From NCBI GenBank assembly GCA_000388065.2, contig KB932207.1: 64,000 nucleotides of DNA. One strand, 5' to 3'. The notes under the pieces are model-generated. The model saw only the letters and a list, made by a program, of their open reading frames with translations. It was not told where the DNA came from and did no database searches. Positions 1 through 11,600 of this stretch are shown here, piece after piece (positions within the stretch are counted from its first letter, which is position 1; every line of letters begins with the position of its first letter). The stretch is from Fonticula alba ATCC 38817. Taxonomy: Eukaryota; Protista; Nucleariida. Both the position numbers and the translations under genes were made by a program.

Positions 1-1263
1 TCCGGCCGGCCGGGCGGGGGGGGGGGGGCGGGGGCCCGAGCGGAGGGCGCAGGCGGGGGGGGCGGGGGGGGTGGGGGGGGGGGGGGGGTGGGGGGGGGGG
101 GGGGGGGGGGGATCTCCGGGGGGGCGGGGGGGCCTGGCGGCGGGCCACGTTCCCGGCGGGCGCTGGCCGCCCGGTGGGTGGCCATTTTCAACGTGGCAGA
201 TCGCTCTGCGGGGCCGCGACCAGGTGGGGCGTCCACCTGGCGCTCTCCCAAGGGCGGAAAGTAGGCTCGCGAGAACACGCCTCAAAATGGGCCTTGATCA
301 GGGCGATTGCTCCCCTTGGAAGCCAGGCTGCTGGGGGGGGGGGGGGGGAAGAAAGGCGGCCTCGGTCCCGAGGGAGCAATCCGTCCGCTGGCCCCCTTGC
401 CCGGGGGCTGGCGGGGGTGAGGACGGCGGCGTGGGGCGACGCGCCAACCGCCGGAGAGTGTCCGGGGCGCAGCCACGTTGTGTGCCCCACGCGCGCGCGC
501 GCGCGCGCGCGCGGGCGCGCCCCCGGGGCGTACATGTGCAACCTCCGCCCCCGCCGCCGGGGCAGCAAGGGTGGGCACGCAGTGCTGGGCATTTGGCAGA
601 CGGTATTCGAAGGGGGCAGGGTTATCAGGATTTTTGAGATATCCTGTTCGCGATCAGAGGCACGCGCACGGCCGCACGTTCACTCGCGCGGGCACGCCCA
701 TGCACCGGCGAACGTGTGCGCGCGAGGACGCACGTCCGGCCGAGGGGGGGAGTCGGCCACACCCGGGCGGCCCGGTCTGCGGCCGTCCGCGAAAAACACA
801 TATGCACCCGGCTCGGGCGCCGGCACGGGGCGGGGGCAGAGTGTGTCGCGCGTGCGGCCGGGCCCAACGTCGAGCTCGTCAGATTGCTAGGCCGGGGTTG
901 CGTTCGCCCCAACTTGTGCGCCGCGCCTCGTTCGCGAGCGCGCCCAGGGCCAACGCGCATGGATGGCCTCGGCCCGGGGGCTGGGGAGGGGGCTGGGGGA
1001 GGGGGCTGGGGGAGGGGTCGGGGCGCGGCCTGAAAGCACCTAGAGAGAGCGAGAGAGAGCGAGAGAGAGACCGAGAATGAGGGAGGTATGTGGGTACCGG
1101 GCGGGACAGCTTTGTTGCCGGGCCCGGGGTACCCCTGCTCGGGCCTCGCCCGGGCCGGGCCACATCCGGGCAGGCAGCCTGCCGAGCTCGCTTGAGGGCG
1201 TGACAGGATGCCCAAATGAAGGCGCCGAAAGGGTGGGCCTGTGTCAGGCGGCCGTCCGCCAGC

Positions 1264-1568
1264 CCTTGTCGACAGTGTCGACCAAGAGCTCAGGTCTCCC
1301 TGTAGGAGACGGCGGGTGAAATTACGCCGGCAAAACAAACAGCGGGGAATGTTTATGGTGCCAGACCCCCTTCCTCTGTCTCGGATGGGTCCTTTGAGAG
1401 GACACAACGTGTGCTCTTCCGATCTCCTTGTCGACAGTGTCGACCAAGAGCTCAGGTCTCCCTGTAGGAGACGGCGGGTGAAATTACGCCGGCAAAACAA
1501 ACAGCGGGGAATGTTTATGGTGCCAGACCCCCTTCCTCTGTCTCGGATGGGTCCTTTGAGAGGACACA
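1264..1568. other. 143-bp exact duplication separated by an Illumina TruSeq adapter remnant (assembly artefact)
   Basis: 1264-1406 and 1426-1568 are identical (CCTTGTCGAC...GAGGACACA). The 19 nt between them (1407-1425, ACGTGTGCTCTTCCGATCT) match the 3' end of the TruSeq read-2 primer/adapter. Confidence 0.93.
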
Positions 1569-1628
1569 GGCCCCACGCACACATATATACACACACACAC
1601 ACACACACTTACGTACACGGAAACCACA

Positions 1629-1911
1629 TCCATGCGCGGACACACGCACGGAAACGTACACACAAGCCCTGCAGCGACCACGCTCGTGACTGGGCCACAC
1701 AAGGGGGGCCCGGTACTCCGCACTTGCCACTTCGTGCGCGGTGCGCACANNNNNNNNNNNNNNNNNNNNNNNNNNNNNNNNNNNNNNNNNNTCCATGCGC
1801 GGACACACGCACGGAAACGTACACACAAGCCCTGCAGCGACCCCGCTCGTGACTGGGCCACACAAGGGGGGCCCGGTACTCCGCACTTGCCACTTCGTGC
1901 GCGGTGCGCAC
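1629..1911. repeat. ~120-bp sequence duplicated on both sides of an N gap (probable unmerged contig overlap)
   Basis: 1629-1748 is nearly identical to 1792-1911 (one mismatch, CGACCACGC vs CGACCCCGC). The copies directly flank the gap at 1750-1791. Confidence 0.8.
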
Positions 1912-4900
1912 GCACGCGCGCCCCAAGATCCCCCCCCCCCCCTCGGCCCCTCTCCGGCATGCGAACGAGGCGCGCTCCTTGACGCCGGTCGTGGTGACGA
2001 TGAGCCATCCCGGCACACGGCGTATCCCCCACCCCCGGTCCTCATGCCTCATGGCTGATCAAGAGAACGAAGGAACAGGAAGCCGCTCCGGGGCACGGGT
2101 GTGCGGACCCTTTACGGCGCGGCGGCGGGTGTTGTGAAGTGCGCGTGCGTTCACGCATGTGCCGACACACACACACACAATCACACGCGCGCGCGCGCGC
2201 GCACATGCCTCAGCGAGTAGGGGCTTACGCACGCACACCTCTTCATGCGAGCCAAAGTGGCCGATGCTCAGGCACCCAGCGCCAGCGGTGACAGGGCAAA
2301 CAGAGCCGGGGCAAGCTCACGCCGGCACACCAGCACCCCCATGCGCCCCAGAGGCACACGCGCGCCTGCACGCGCACGACCCCACATGCACGCGCGCCTC
2401 CCTGGCCATGGGCCCCCCCCTCATGGTGGTGCTCTTCCGTCGGTGGCAAGGCACCCCCTCCGGGCGCTGGCGAACATGCAAGGCGCGATGGTGACGTTGA
2501 TCGGAGGAGCAGGGTGGCCCGGAGCCAGGACCAGCAGGGGGACACGCCGGCCGGGGGCCGAAAGAAGCGGCAGGAGACACACGCCCCGATCACTTGGAAA
2601 AGCCTCCGCCAAAGGGGCCTCGTACTTTGAGCGGGGGGCGGGCGGAAGGCAAGGCTGGGGGCCCAGACAGCCGGCCGGGGGCAAGATGATCGAGGCCACC
2701 TGCATGCCGGGCGGGGGGGACGATGGGCCGGCCACCCCCCTCGCCTGGCCTGATCCCTCAACGCCCGCGGTCCCCTCCGGGGCGGGGGGAGGCAGCTGCG
2801 ACCGGGGTTCGGCGGGGGCACCTTCGATCCGGGGCTCGGGCCAGCCCCGGAAGGCGGCGTGGGCTTGGTCACAAAGGCGCCCGTGGGCCGGCGAACCCGA
2901 CAGCCCGGGCCGCAGAGACACGACCAAGGGCAGGGCGGTTCGGCCGGGACGGCCCAACGCGGGCGGGGGCCACACTGTAGCCCGGAGCAACATCGTCGCC
3001 GGGGCCCCACATCCGGGGCCAAGATTCCGTTCATGTCAGACGCTATGTCGCGGTTACAGGGTGGCTGTGGACCTCCCCAATAATGGCCAAATTGCACCGG
3101 CATCACCGAACCAAGGGGCTGGCCTGGGCCGGGGCAATCGCACTCGCCACAAAGCCCTCGCAGCGCGGGTAGCCCGGGCGTCGGTCGGCTACGCTGCCTC
3201 CCAGGCCCCCCCTTTCCCGACGGCCGGTGTGGCCGGCCCCCCCCCCGGCCCGGGGCCGAGCTCGGGGGGGTTTGGGGGCGTCCGGCGGGAAGAGGCTTCA
3301 CACACGCCCCACACACGGCCGTTTCACCCGGCCAGGGCTGGGGCCGGGGGCTGCCCAGCCCGTTGGATCGCCCGAGCAGGCGCCCGCGCCGGCGCCCGAG
3401 TCCCAGCCAGCCCGGCCCTCCCTGGGAACCCGGGGTCTGCGGTGTGGAACACCGGGCGCGTCGGTCGGCCGGCGAGGGGAACAATAACAAGCGAATGAAG
3501 GCAGTCGGAACGTGTCGTTTCGGGGCGCGCAATAAGCGGCGGGGTGTGCGGCCAGAGGTTCGGGCCGGGGGGTGGCGGCGGCGGACACGTGCGGGACACG
3601 GACTGGCCGCCGCCAGCCGGCCGCGAGACCCGCCCGGCGGAGGGCACGGCACCCCGGCCGGCCGCCGCCGGCCCTCCCCAGAGAGGGCGATGGCGAGATG
3701 CCCCGCCCAAATGGTGCTCTTGCCTCACGATGGCAATAAGGCCCTCGGGCAGGGGCGCGCAGACCGCGCCGACGTCTCCTGCCCGTCTGCCGACCCGGCG
3801 GCCCGCGCTGCCCGGTCCCCATCCTCGCGAGCGCATGCCTCTACCCCGGCCCCCGGGCCGCGCGGGGGAACGGGCAGAAAGCCCATGCGCTTGTCAGGCG
3901 CGCGCGCGCGCGCGCGCGCACTCGCAAAAAAAGCCGCTCAAAAACAAACACCAGCCCGGAAAGGCGGCCCGGAGAAGTGGCGAGAGCCGGCGCGCGGCGG
4001 GGAAGATGAAATGGCTAGTAATAAGAGTGGTACATCACACCACACAAGACCCGCCGTCGTCGGCACCGGGAGGGGGCCCCATGCCCCATGTCTCTGCGAG
4101 GGCCGATTCGTGGAAATACTACGGCCGGAGATGACCGGCGCCCTGGAGGACCAGCCAGTCCGTCGGGCCATCGTCTGCTCCAGGGCGACGTCTCGGCCAG
4201 CGCATCGCGCCGGCGACCGTGCCGAAAACTCCGCCGTTCAAGGCGGGCGCGCACGCGCCCCACGCGATCTGCCCCCCCCCCCCCCCTTGCCCGCCCGGCT
4301 TCGACACGCGGCTCCGCTCAGGCGTAGGGCGCCGCGCCTTGGGCGGCCCTCTGCCCGGCTGCGCCGGTCCTCGCGGCCAGGCCCGGGACCCGCGGCGGCC
4401 AGTTGGCCCGGCCGATAGGTGGATTGGCTGGACGCGTGGAGACAGGCCACGGCAAGCGAGGGGGCGGCGGCCGGCGGCCGGCGGCCGGCGGCCACGGCCG
4501 CGGAGGCCCGGCAGAGCGGGACCACTGCCAGGACACGCATCCCCGGCCCGGGGCCGGAAGAGGGGGCAGGGGCTTTTTGCCGGCAGGCGGGGAGGGGGCC
4601 ACGCCGGCGAGGGGATATTGTCGGCTGGCCAGCCCCGGTTCCAGCCGGGTCGGCGGCCTGTGAGACCGCCGGCGGATGAGTCATCCGCCGCGGGCTGGGA
4701 CTCGGCGGTTCCCTCGAGGGGGGCGGCAGGGGGGGGGGGGGGCCGGCGGAGCGGCTGGCCCTTCGGCGAGACCGCGCGACTACGGCTCTCAGGGCGCGCG
4801 CCTAGGCCGCGGCCCCGGGCCGGGGCACGAGGCCGCCCTCCGGCGCTTGGCAGCCGTTGAGGGGCTGGCTTGCCGCTTGGTCAAGGACGTGTGCTGGGGC

Positions 4901-7373
4901 TTGTCCCCCCCGGCCGCCCCCGCCCCCCCTCCTCGCTGCGGGGTCTGACGCGGGCCGCGCCGGGGTCTCGGCCGCAGGGGGCCAGTGTGCCCCACACAGG
5001 GCGGTGGGAAATTTCTCACCCGGGCCACCGCCGGGCGGCCGACATTCCCCGGCTCGCGTGGCGGACTTCCACCACGGCAGCGTGGTGTTGGCGCGCGGGG
5101 GCGAGGGAAGAGGGAGAATTCCACCCGGGGGGGTGAAAACCGGCGGCAGGACGAGCGGGCCCGGGCCAAAGGGACAGGCGAGGCTTCCGGGCGGGGACCA
5201 CGGATGAGGCGCCAGTGGCTGGGCTAGGCGCGCGTCGCTGGCGCGTGGCCGAGGCGGAGCCACCTCAGCTGGGCACCAGAGGCATCATCAACGATGCTCA
5301 GCCCCGTTGTGGCCCCCGTCCCCCCCCTCCCCCCGGGGGGAGGGGCGGGGGCGGGGGGGGCACCATCGCACCCAGGACAAGCGCGAGAAGCTCGCGAGAA
5401 AAGGGCCCGAGCCTCCGCGGGCTACGGGCTCATGTGAAATCCAAGAGCCGGCACTCCTTTCACGGACCCCGCCACCCACACGCCCCTTCCAGTGATGGGA
5501 CCCATTTAATATTCTCCCCAATCCGCTGCCTTTGGCCTTTTGTCCAAAGTGCCCGAGATCCGGGGGAAAACGCCGGGCGCCGTGCGGCCTGGAGCGAAGG
5601 GGCATTTTCACCTGCATAACCACGCGAACGGACCAAATGCACGAAAATAGCCGGCCCAGCATGTCCGGCCTCCTGTGCCCGCACCTGCCTGGCAGGGGCG
5701 CAGGGGGGGGGGGGGGGGGGGCAGCAACGCCGGTGGGCACCGAGCTCCCTCGAGGCGCCGGTGGCCTCTCATCGTCTCTCTCTCTCTCCCTCTGTCGCGC
5801 CCCGGTGGGCCTACCGGGGCGCGACAGGGACATCCACCCGAGGGCGGGTCTTATGCCTGACGCATGGCCGGACCTGCTGGCCTGCCGAACCGTAGTCCCT
5901 TGCACACGAGGACCCACATCCCCCGCTCCTCTCCCATGACTTCTCGCCGGACGGGGCGAGGAGCGTGCCGTGCGGCCCGACACCGCGAGGGCAGCACCGG
6001 TTGCAAGGAGCTCCGGCGGCGAAGTCGTCAGGGACACCCCCTCAGGGTCCTTCTCCCAGCCCATCCCCCGCCGGGCCTTGCGCAGCGGACGCCGCTGATC
6101 GCCCTGCCGTCTCTCCGCCCTCGACCCCGCCCCAGCCCCCGGCCTCCTAAGCACAGAGGACCCCAGACTGGGGAGACGCCTCGGGCGCGAAAAAGGGGCG
6201 CCCCCTGGGGAGGCGTGGTCGTTCGCCCTTTGTATGGGGGAGGGGGGGGGGGGGGGGGGGGCGGTGCTCCTGCCCCCGCTGCGGTCCTCTCCTCCTCAGC
6301 AGACCTCGGCCGTCGAGGTCGTCGAGGCCGTCGTTGTCCGTCGGCCAGGGGGACCGGAGGCCGGGGGCGACTCATTGCGTGAACACTGACCCGGGGCAGG
6401 AGCCCCGTCCGGCCCCTGGGGGAGAGAGCCTCCCCGCCGCGACCGATGGGCCCATGGGCCCGGGACCGCTCGGCTCCTCTGACGGGGACCCCTGCCTGGT
6501 TGGGGTCCTACTTGGCCGACGCTCCCCGGACTCCGGGCCACATTGGTCCAGATTCTGGTCACCCAGCCCGAGGCATAACACACTCGCACATAAGCGCCGA
6601 TCCTCGTGCACTCACACACACGCACACACGCACAGGGCCACACAGGGCCACATGCTCCTTGACCAGGGGGCATTGGTCCCGGCGCGGGGATACCCCGTTC
6701 ACACCCCCCCCCCCCCCCGCCCCCCCTTCCCCCTCGCGCCCTTGTGGCCACACCCATGGGAGAAAGACCACCGCCCTGTAGCCGCACTTAAGCCCAGCCC
6801 TCCCGGGCGGTTCTCGCCCCGCGCCCCCTCCCCCGATGCCCGCCCTGCCGCGCCCCCTCCCCGAGGCGGGTATGGTGTGTGGTGGGGAGACCTTAGCCGT
6901 GGGACCGGGCTTTGCTGGCTTTTCCTGTCCCAGTCAGCGCCTTCTGGCTGCCATAACTTCCCTCCGCCGGTCTCCGGTCTCCTCCAACGGCCTTTCTCAA
7001 CTGTCAACGGTCACTTGGCCGTGGAGCCCGGCGCGCATGTACGCGTGCCTGGCGCGCTCCCTCCTGCGTCGCCGAGCGAGCAGGCCCCGGGAAGCGGGAA
7101 CCATTCGCCGCCGAGCTCCCACCCGCTCAAATCACTCGCCAGGACGACCACCTATGGAGCGCACCATGTCTCAGATCACACCGACTTGGGTGGTCACCCG
7201 ACCCGCCCACGTGTCACCATCCAGGGCGATCTGGATGCTTTAAATCCATGCCCCGACTCGCCCTCTCTGTCTCGGAGGTTGAAATTCATTCTCCCCTCGT
7301 CCCCCGTTGCTGTTCTGTCATTCCGGTCTTCCCCGTCTGTGTGCAATCTCTCCTGGGCCGCCTCCACTCACTC

Positions 7374-8441
7374 ATGCTCAAGCAATCGTTCCAGGTACCC
7401 CAGCCTGCGTGTGCACCCTCTCCCTTTACTTACCTCGCCTTCCCCACTCCAGTCTGACTTCTGCCTTCCTGCGCCTCCTGCGCCCTCTGCCCCCCCCCCC
7501 CNNNNNNNNNNCCCCCCCCCCCCGCCCATGTGACTCACACTTCCGAGCAGCTCGCATCCTCTTCAGCTCTGGCGCACCGAGACCCATGAGTCGGCCAGTG
7601 TTAAGCTCACGCAGGATGCCTTGATTCGATCTCGCGTGCTGGAGATCCTCACTCCGGAGGGGTGCCCCTCGGCCGCCCTGGTGACCACTTCCATTTCCTG
7701 TCCCCCGGGGCCAGGCCAGTCGATTGGCATTCGTTTGCGTACGTCTCCCCCTCCTCCTCTTGCCCTTGATTTGGTTCAGGCGGTCCATTGCCAATCCGCT
7801 CCTCTCTCTCTCTCTCTCTCGGTCTCTTCCTCCTAGCCATCTCGGCCATACTAACGCCCTTACGAGGGACACATCGCCAGCCTTTCTCACCATCCAGGTG
7901 AAAAATCTCAACCGCTATTTCTCCTTCGAAGTCGAGGTGGAGGATGATCAAGGCGTTGTGCGCCGGTTCCGGTGTTCCAACTTCAACGTGCGCCTCTCGG
8001 ATGCCTCCTCATCAGACTGGATTTCAATTCTCCCTCTGTTGGCTCTGACCTGTGGCGCTATCCCCCCTCCCCCCCCCCCTCCTCGCCCAGACAACCACCC
8101 GCGTAAAGGAGTATATTTGCACCATGCCCCTGCTCCTGGACGCCGGGTGGAATATCGTCAAGATCGATCTGGCCCAAATGGTTCGGTGCGTGCCGCCCAA
8201 GATGGGCTCCCCAAGCACAGATGCGGGGGATTTCCCAGCTGCTCACCCACTCTGTTCCGTCTTTGTCCATGTGTTCCGCATCCATAGCAAGGTGTACGGC
8301 ACCCAGTTCACCGAGGTCCGCTCGATCACCATCCATCCCAACTGCCTCCTTCGGAGAATCTTCTTCAGCGACAAGAACATCCCGGAGGAGGACCTGCCGG
8401 CTGATTTCCGCTTGCACGCGGCCAGCGACACGGCCAATTGA
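7374..8441 (+). CDS. CFAP20: Cilia- and flagella-associated protein 20 (BUG22/GTL3, DUF667 family), multi-exon
   Basis: Exons 7374-7394 (MLKQSFQ), 7551-7738 (SHPLQLW...TTSISCPPGPGQSIGIRL), 7881-7987 (PFLTIQVKNLNRYFSFEVEVEDDQGVVRRFRCSNFN), 8091-8185 (TTTRVKEYICTMPLLLDAGWNIVKIDL) and 8288-8441 (KVYGTQFTEVRSITIHPNCLLRRIFFSDK...). These align by eye with the conserved CFAP20 sequence. Introns are GT-AG, and exons from 7551 onward join in phase; TACTAAC branch point at 7849-7855. One small exon (expected ~SGFLSILYSIG) is missing, probably in the gap at 7502-7511. Confidence 0.93.
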
Positions 8442-8664
8442 TAAAGCCCCAGCCGTGATCCCTTGTTGTTCTTGGGGCTTCCCCCGTTCCCCCCCCTCCC
8501 CCCTCCCGGGACAGCCAAAGCGGGCACACATCGAGTGAGGTCCAACAACAAGAGACATACAATACATTTGAGAAAAAAAAAGCAGGACTAGAGCGCGTCT
8601 CACCGACCATGCCCTGACTATCCCCGGAGCAAAGTCACTCCTCATGTCAATAGGGCAGCCAGTA

Positions 8665-11600
8665 TTACTGCGACTGGGGGAGGATGTTATCCAGGATGTC
8701 GGTTGTCCGGGCGAGAAGCTGCGCCGAGGTTGGCCGCATCGATGGGTCGTGTTCCTGACACCAGCGCTGAAGCACCTGCATTTTGCCCACGGCAGGGTTT
8801 TCCGGGTCAAAGACAACCGGTGTATCTCCGTCGAAGCTCGGCCGCTCGCCCTTTCGGACCTGTTCCATGATAGCGCTGACGGTCATGCCTGATCGTGGCA
8901 AACGGCGACACCGGCGTGTGGGCGTACACATGCGCGAGAGGATGCATACATGGATACATGCATGTGTGAGTCCGTGTGGGGGGCAATACGTGGGTGAGCG
9001 AGTTTTTTCCGCCCAAACAGGGCAAGGAAGAACACCCCAGAAAAAGTGACGGACCTGGCCAGGGAAGTTTGCGCGTGAGGACCTTCCAAATGAGCACCGA
9101 CATGGCATAGATGTCACTGGTCTTTCGGTGTTCGACCGCCGGCTGGGCGCGTTTCATGACAGCCGTGAGAAGCTAGACACAAGTGGCCATGTGTGCAATC
9201 GCAGAAGGGCAAGAAACAGACTAAATGTGAGAAGGGCATGGAGCCAGGGCGAAGGCAGAGAAGTAATCATGAATCGTAGGTCGTGGCATGTGCGCGCGCG
9301 CGTGTGTGTGTATGTATGTATGTATGTATGTGTGTGTGTGTGTGTGTGTAGAGTCCCACAAAGACAGGCACAGTGTGGCCACCGTGTGGCCGGGCCGAGA
9401 AAGACCCTTCGAAGACGCACCTCCGGACTGGCATAGATGATCGAGAAGGCATTGAAATCGGAGATCTCCATCTGGATATGTGACTGCCGATCGGCATTGA
9501 TCGACTGAGCCACACCGAAGTCACCGATTGCGGCCATCCAAATGCCAGTGTGGGTATTCATCTCGATGAAGATGTTCCTCGACTTGATGTCCTGGTGGAC
9601 AATGCCAACACTGTGAATGTGCTCGAGGCCGTTGGCTGCGCGCAGGCGGGAGGCCCAGTTGTGCCGGGTTCATCACACACAAGCACCGGGTCAATACCGA
9701 GAGGCACGGAGCACGAGATGCTCGTCTGGCGAAGATCCCACTCCCAGCTAGACAGGCACAGGGGATTTTGCGCACCGATGTCCCTCAAGACCGAGAGGGA
9801 GGACTGGAGGGTGAACTCGATCGTCGACTCGAGCAGGACATCGAGAGACATGTTGAAGCACTTCATGCCGATGGCCGGCGGATTTTCGGAGTAGAAGTAC
9901 ATCGGCACGATGTTCGGCGTCTTGGACAGAGACCTGTCATCCAGCGCGGGAGGGACCCCCCAAACGGGCGTGCATTTGTGTGTCTGTGAGAAGGGAGGAG
10001 GCGTTTTCAAGGAGGGGGAGGGGGGGGGGGCTGCGAGGGGCAAGGGCAAGCAAGCTCAGCGCAACAATGCCACGCGACGTACCACATGATGGACACCTCA
10101 CGGTAGAAGAGACGCAAGGTGAGATCGCTCATCTCTGCAGGGTGACATTCGGCGTCCAGCCAAGCGCGGAAGGGGGGGAGGGGGGGGGGGGNNNNNNNNN
10201 NNNNNNNNNNNNNNNNNNNNNNNNNNNNNNNNNNNNNNNNNNNNNNNNNNNNNNNNNNNNNNNNNNNNNNNNNNNNGGGGGGGGGGGGGCATATTTTCCT
10301 TGTCTCAGTCGGACGCGAGCGAGGTCCAAGGAAGGACAGGGGGAGGGAGGGTGGAGGAAGGCCACCTTAACTTCATGGGACGTACGAGTCATCTCCTTAA
10401 CCGCGACCATATCGGTGCCAATGCGTCTCCGCAGTGTCGGATCGATGATCTGGGTGCGGAATACCCGGGCCTGGCTCCCACAGCCCAGACCGGTGGTATT
10501 ACCCAGGTCGACGCTATTTTCGAGAGCGACATTGATGAAGCCCGGCAGGGAGAATTCTGTCCAAGCATCGGGGAGCCCACCACCATTGGTCAGGAACAGA
10601 GGGCGGGGAAGGGAAAAGCGCGACGAAGAGGCGGATGGCTTGCAAGAAGGGACTTCAGCATACCGACAAGGGTGTTGAGCACGGTCATGTTTTCATCATC
10701 TCCCGGGGACATGCTCTGGCCAGTGGGATCCTTGCTGGGCGAACGCCGCCGGCAGAAGAACACCATCAGCAGGACGATCAAAGCAAGGAGCACAACAATC
10801 GGCACGGCAATCACGGTTGCTGCGGCAGGGTCGGGACAGGGCCGGGGAAGGGTGGGTGGGGCGGGGAGGCGAAGGAAGGGAAGAGAGGGGAGCGGATCAA
10901 CGGGAGGTGGTCAGAGGGGAAGATAGATGAAGAGGGCGGGGGGGGGGGGGGGGGCCGAAAGGGGGCCCAGGCATTCCCCCGACCGAAAAGAAAAAAACAA
11001 CAAAAAAGGTCCACCCAGCTCTTGCCCCCCACCCCCCCCACAACTGAGAACATACCAAGCACTCCGGACGACATGCGAGGTCTCGGGTTTGACCAAACAA
11101 GGCAATCCTGCTTGGCCGGGCCCAGGCAGCTGGAACAGCCATCCACACAGGCGGCGCAGTGGGTCTCCGTGGCCGGGTATGTTCCCGCCGGGCAGCCACC
11201 CTCCACACACAGGCCTTCGTACGCCATGTAGCCGAAGTGGCACTCGACACAGTGGCCGGCTGGGGCTTCGCAGGAAATACACCATTGCGGGCATGCGCGG
11301 CACTCCCCGGCACCTGTGCCGCCGGGCTTTTCGGCCGGCACCAGGTAGTAACCCGTGGCGGGGCAGGCCTCCCGACACTCATGGAGCTGGGGAATGAAAA
11401 ACTTGTCGGCCCTGCAGGCCGTGCACTTGAGGCTGGTGTCCTGGCACTCGAGGCACCGGGAATCACAGCCCCGGCATCGGCCAGTGGCATCTGGATGCGA
11501 GATGGGATCCGGGTTGAAGTGACCTGCCGGGCAGTCCACCGCGCAAGTCCCATCCCCCCGAAGGACCAATTGCCCGGAGCACAACTCGCACCGGACATTG

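Noticed and set aside
1-125. Poly-G tract as a telomere or a special G-quadruplex element
   Set aside because: There is no periodic telomeric unit, and similar G/C homopolymer runs occur throughout the window.
1264-1568. 143-bp duplication as a real tandem repeat or mobile element
   Set aside because: The spacer is an Illumina adapter sequence, indicating a chimeric read or assembly artefact.
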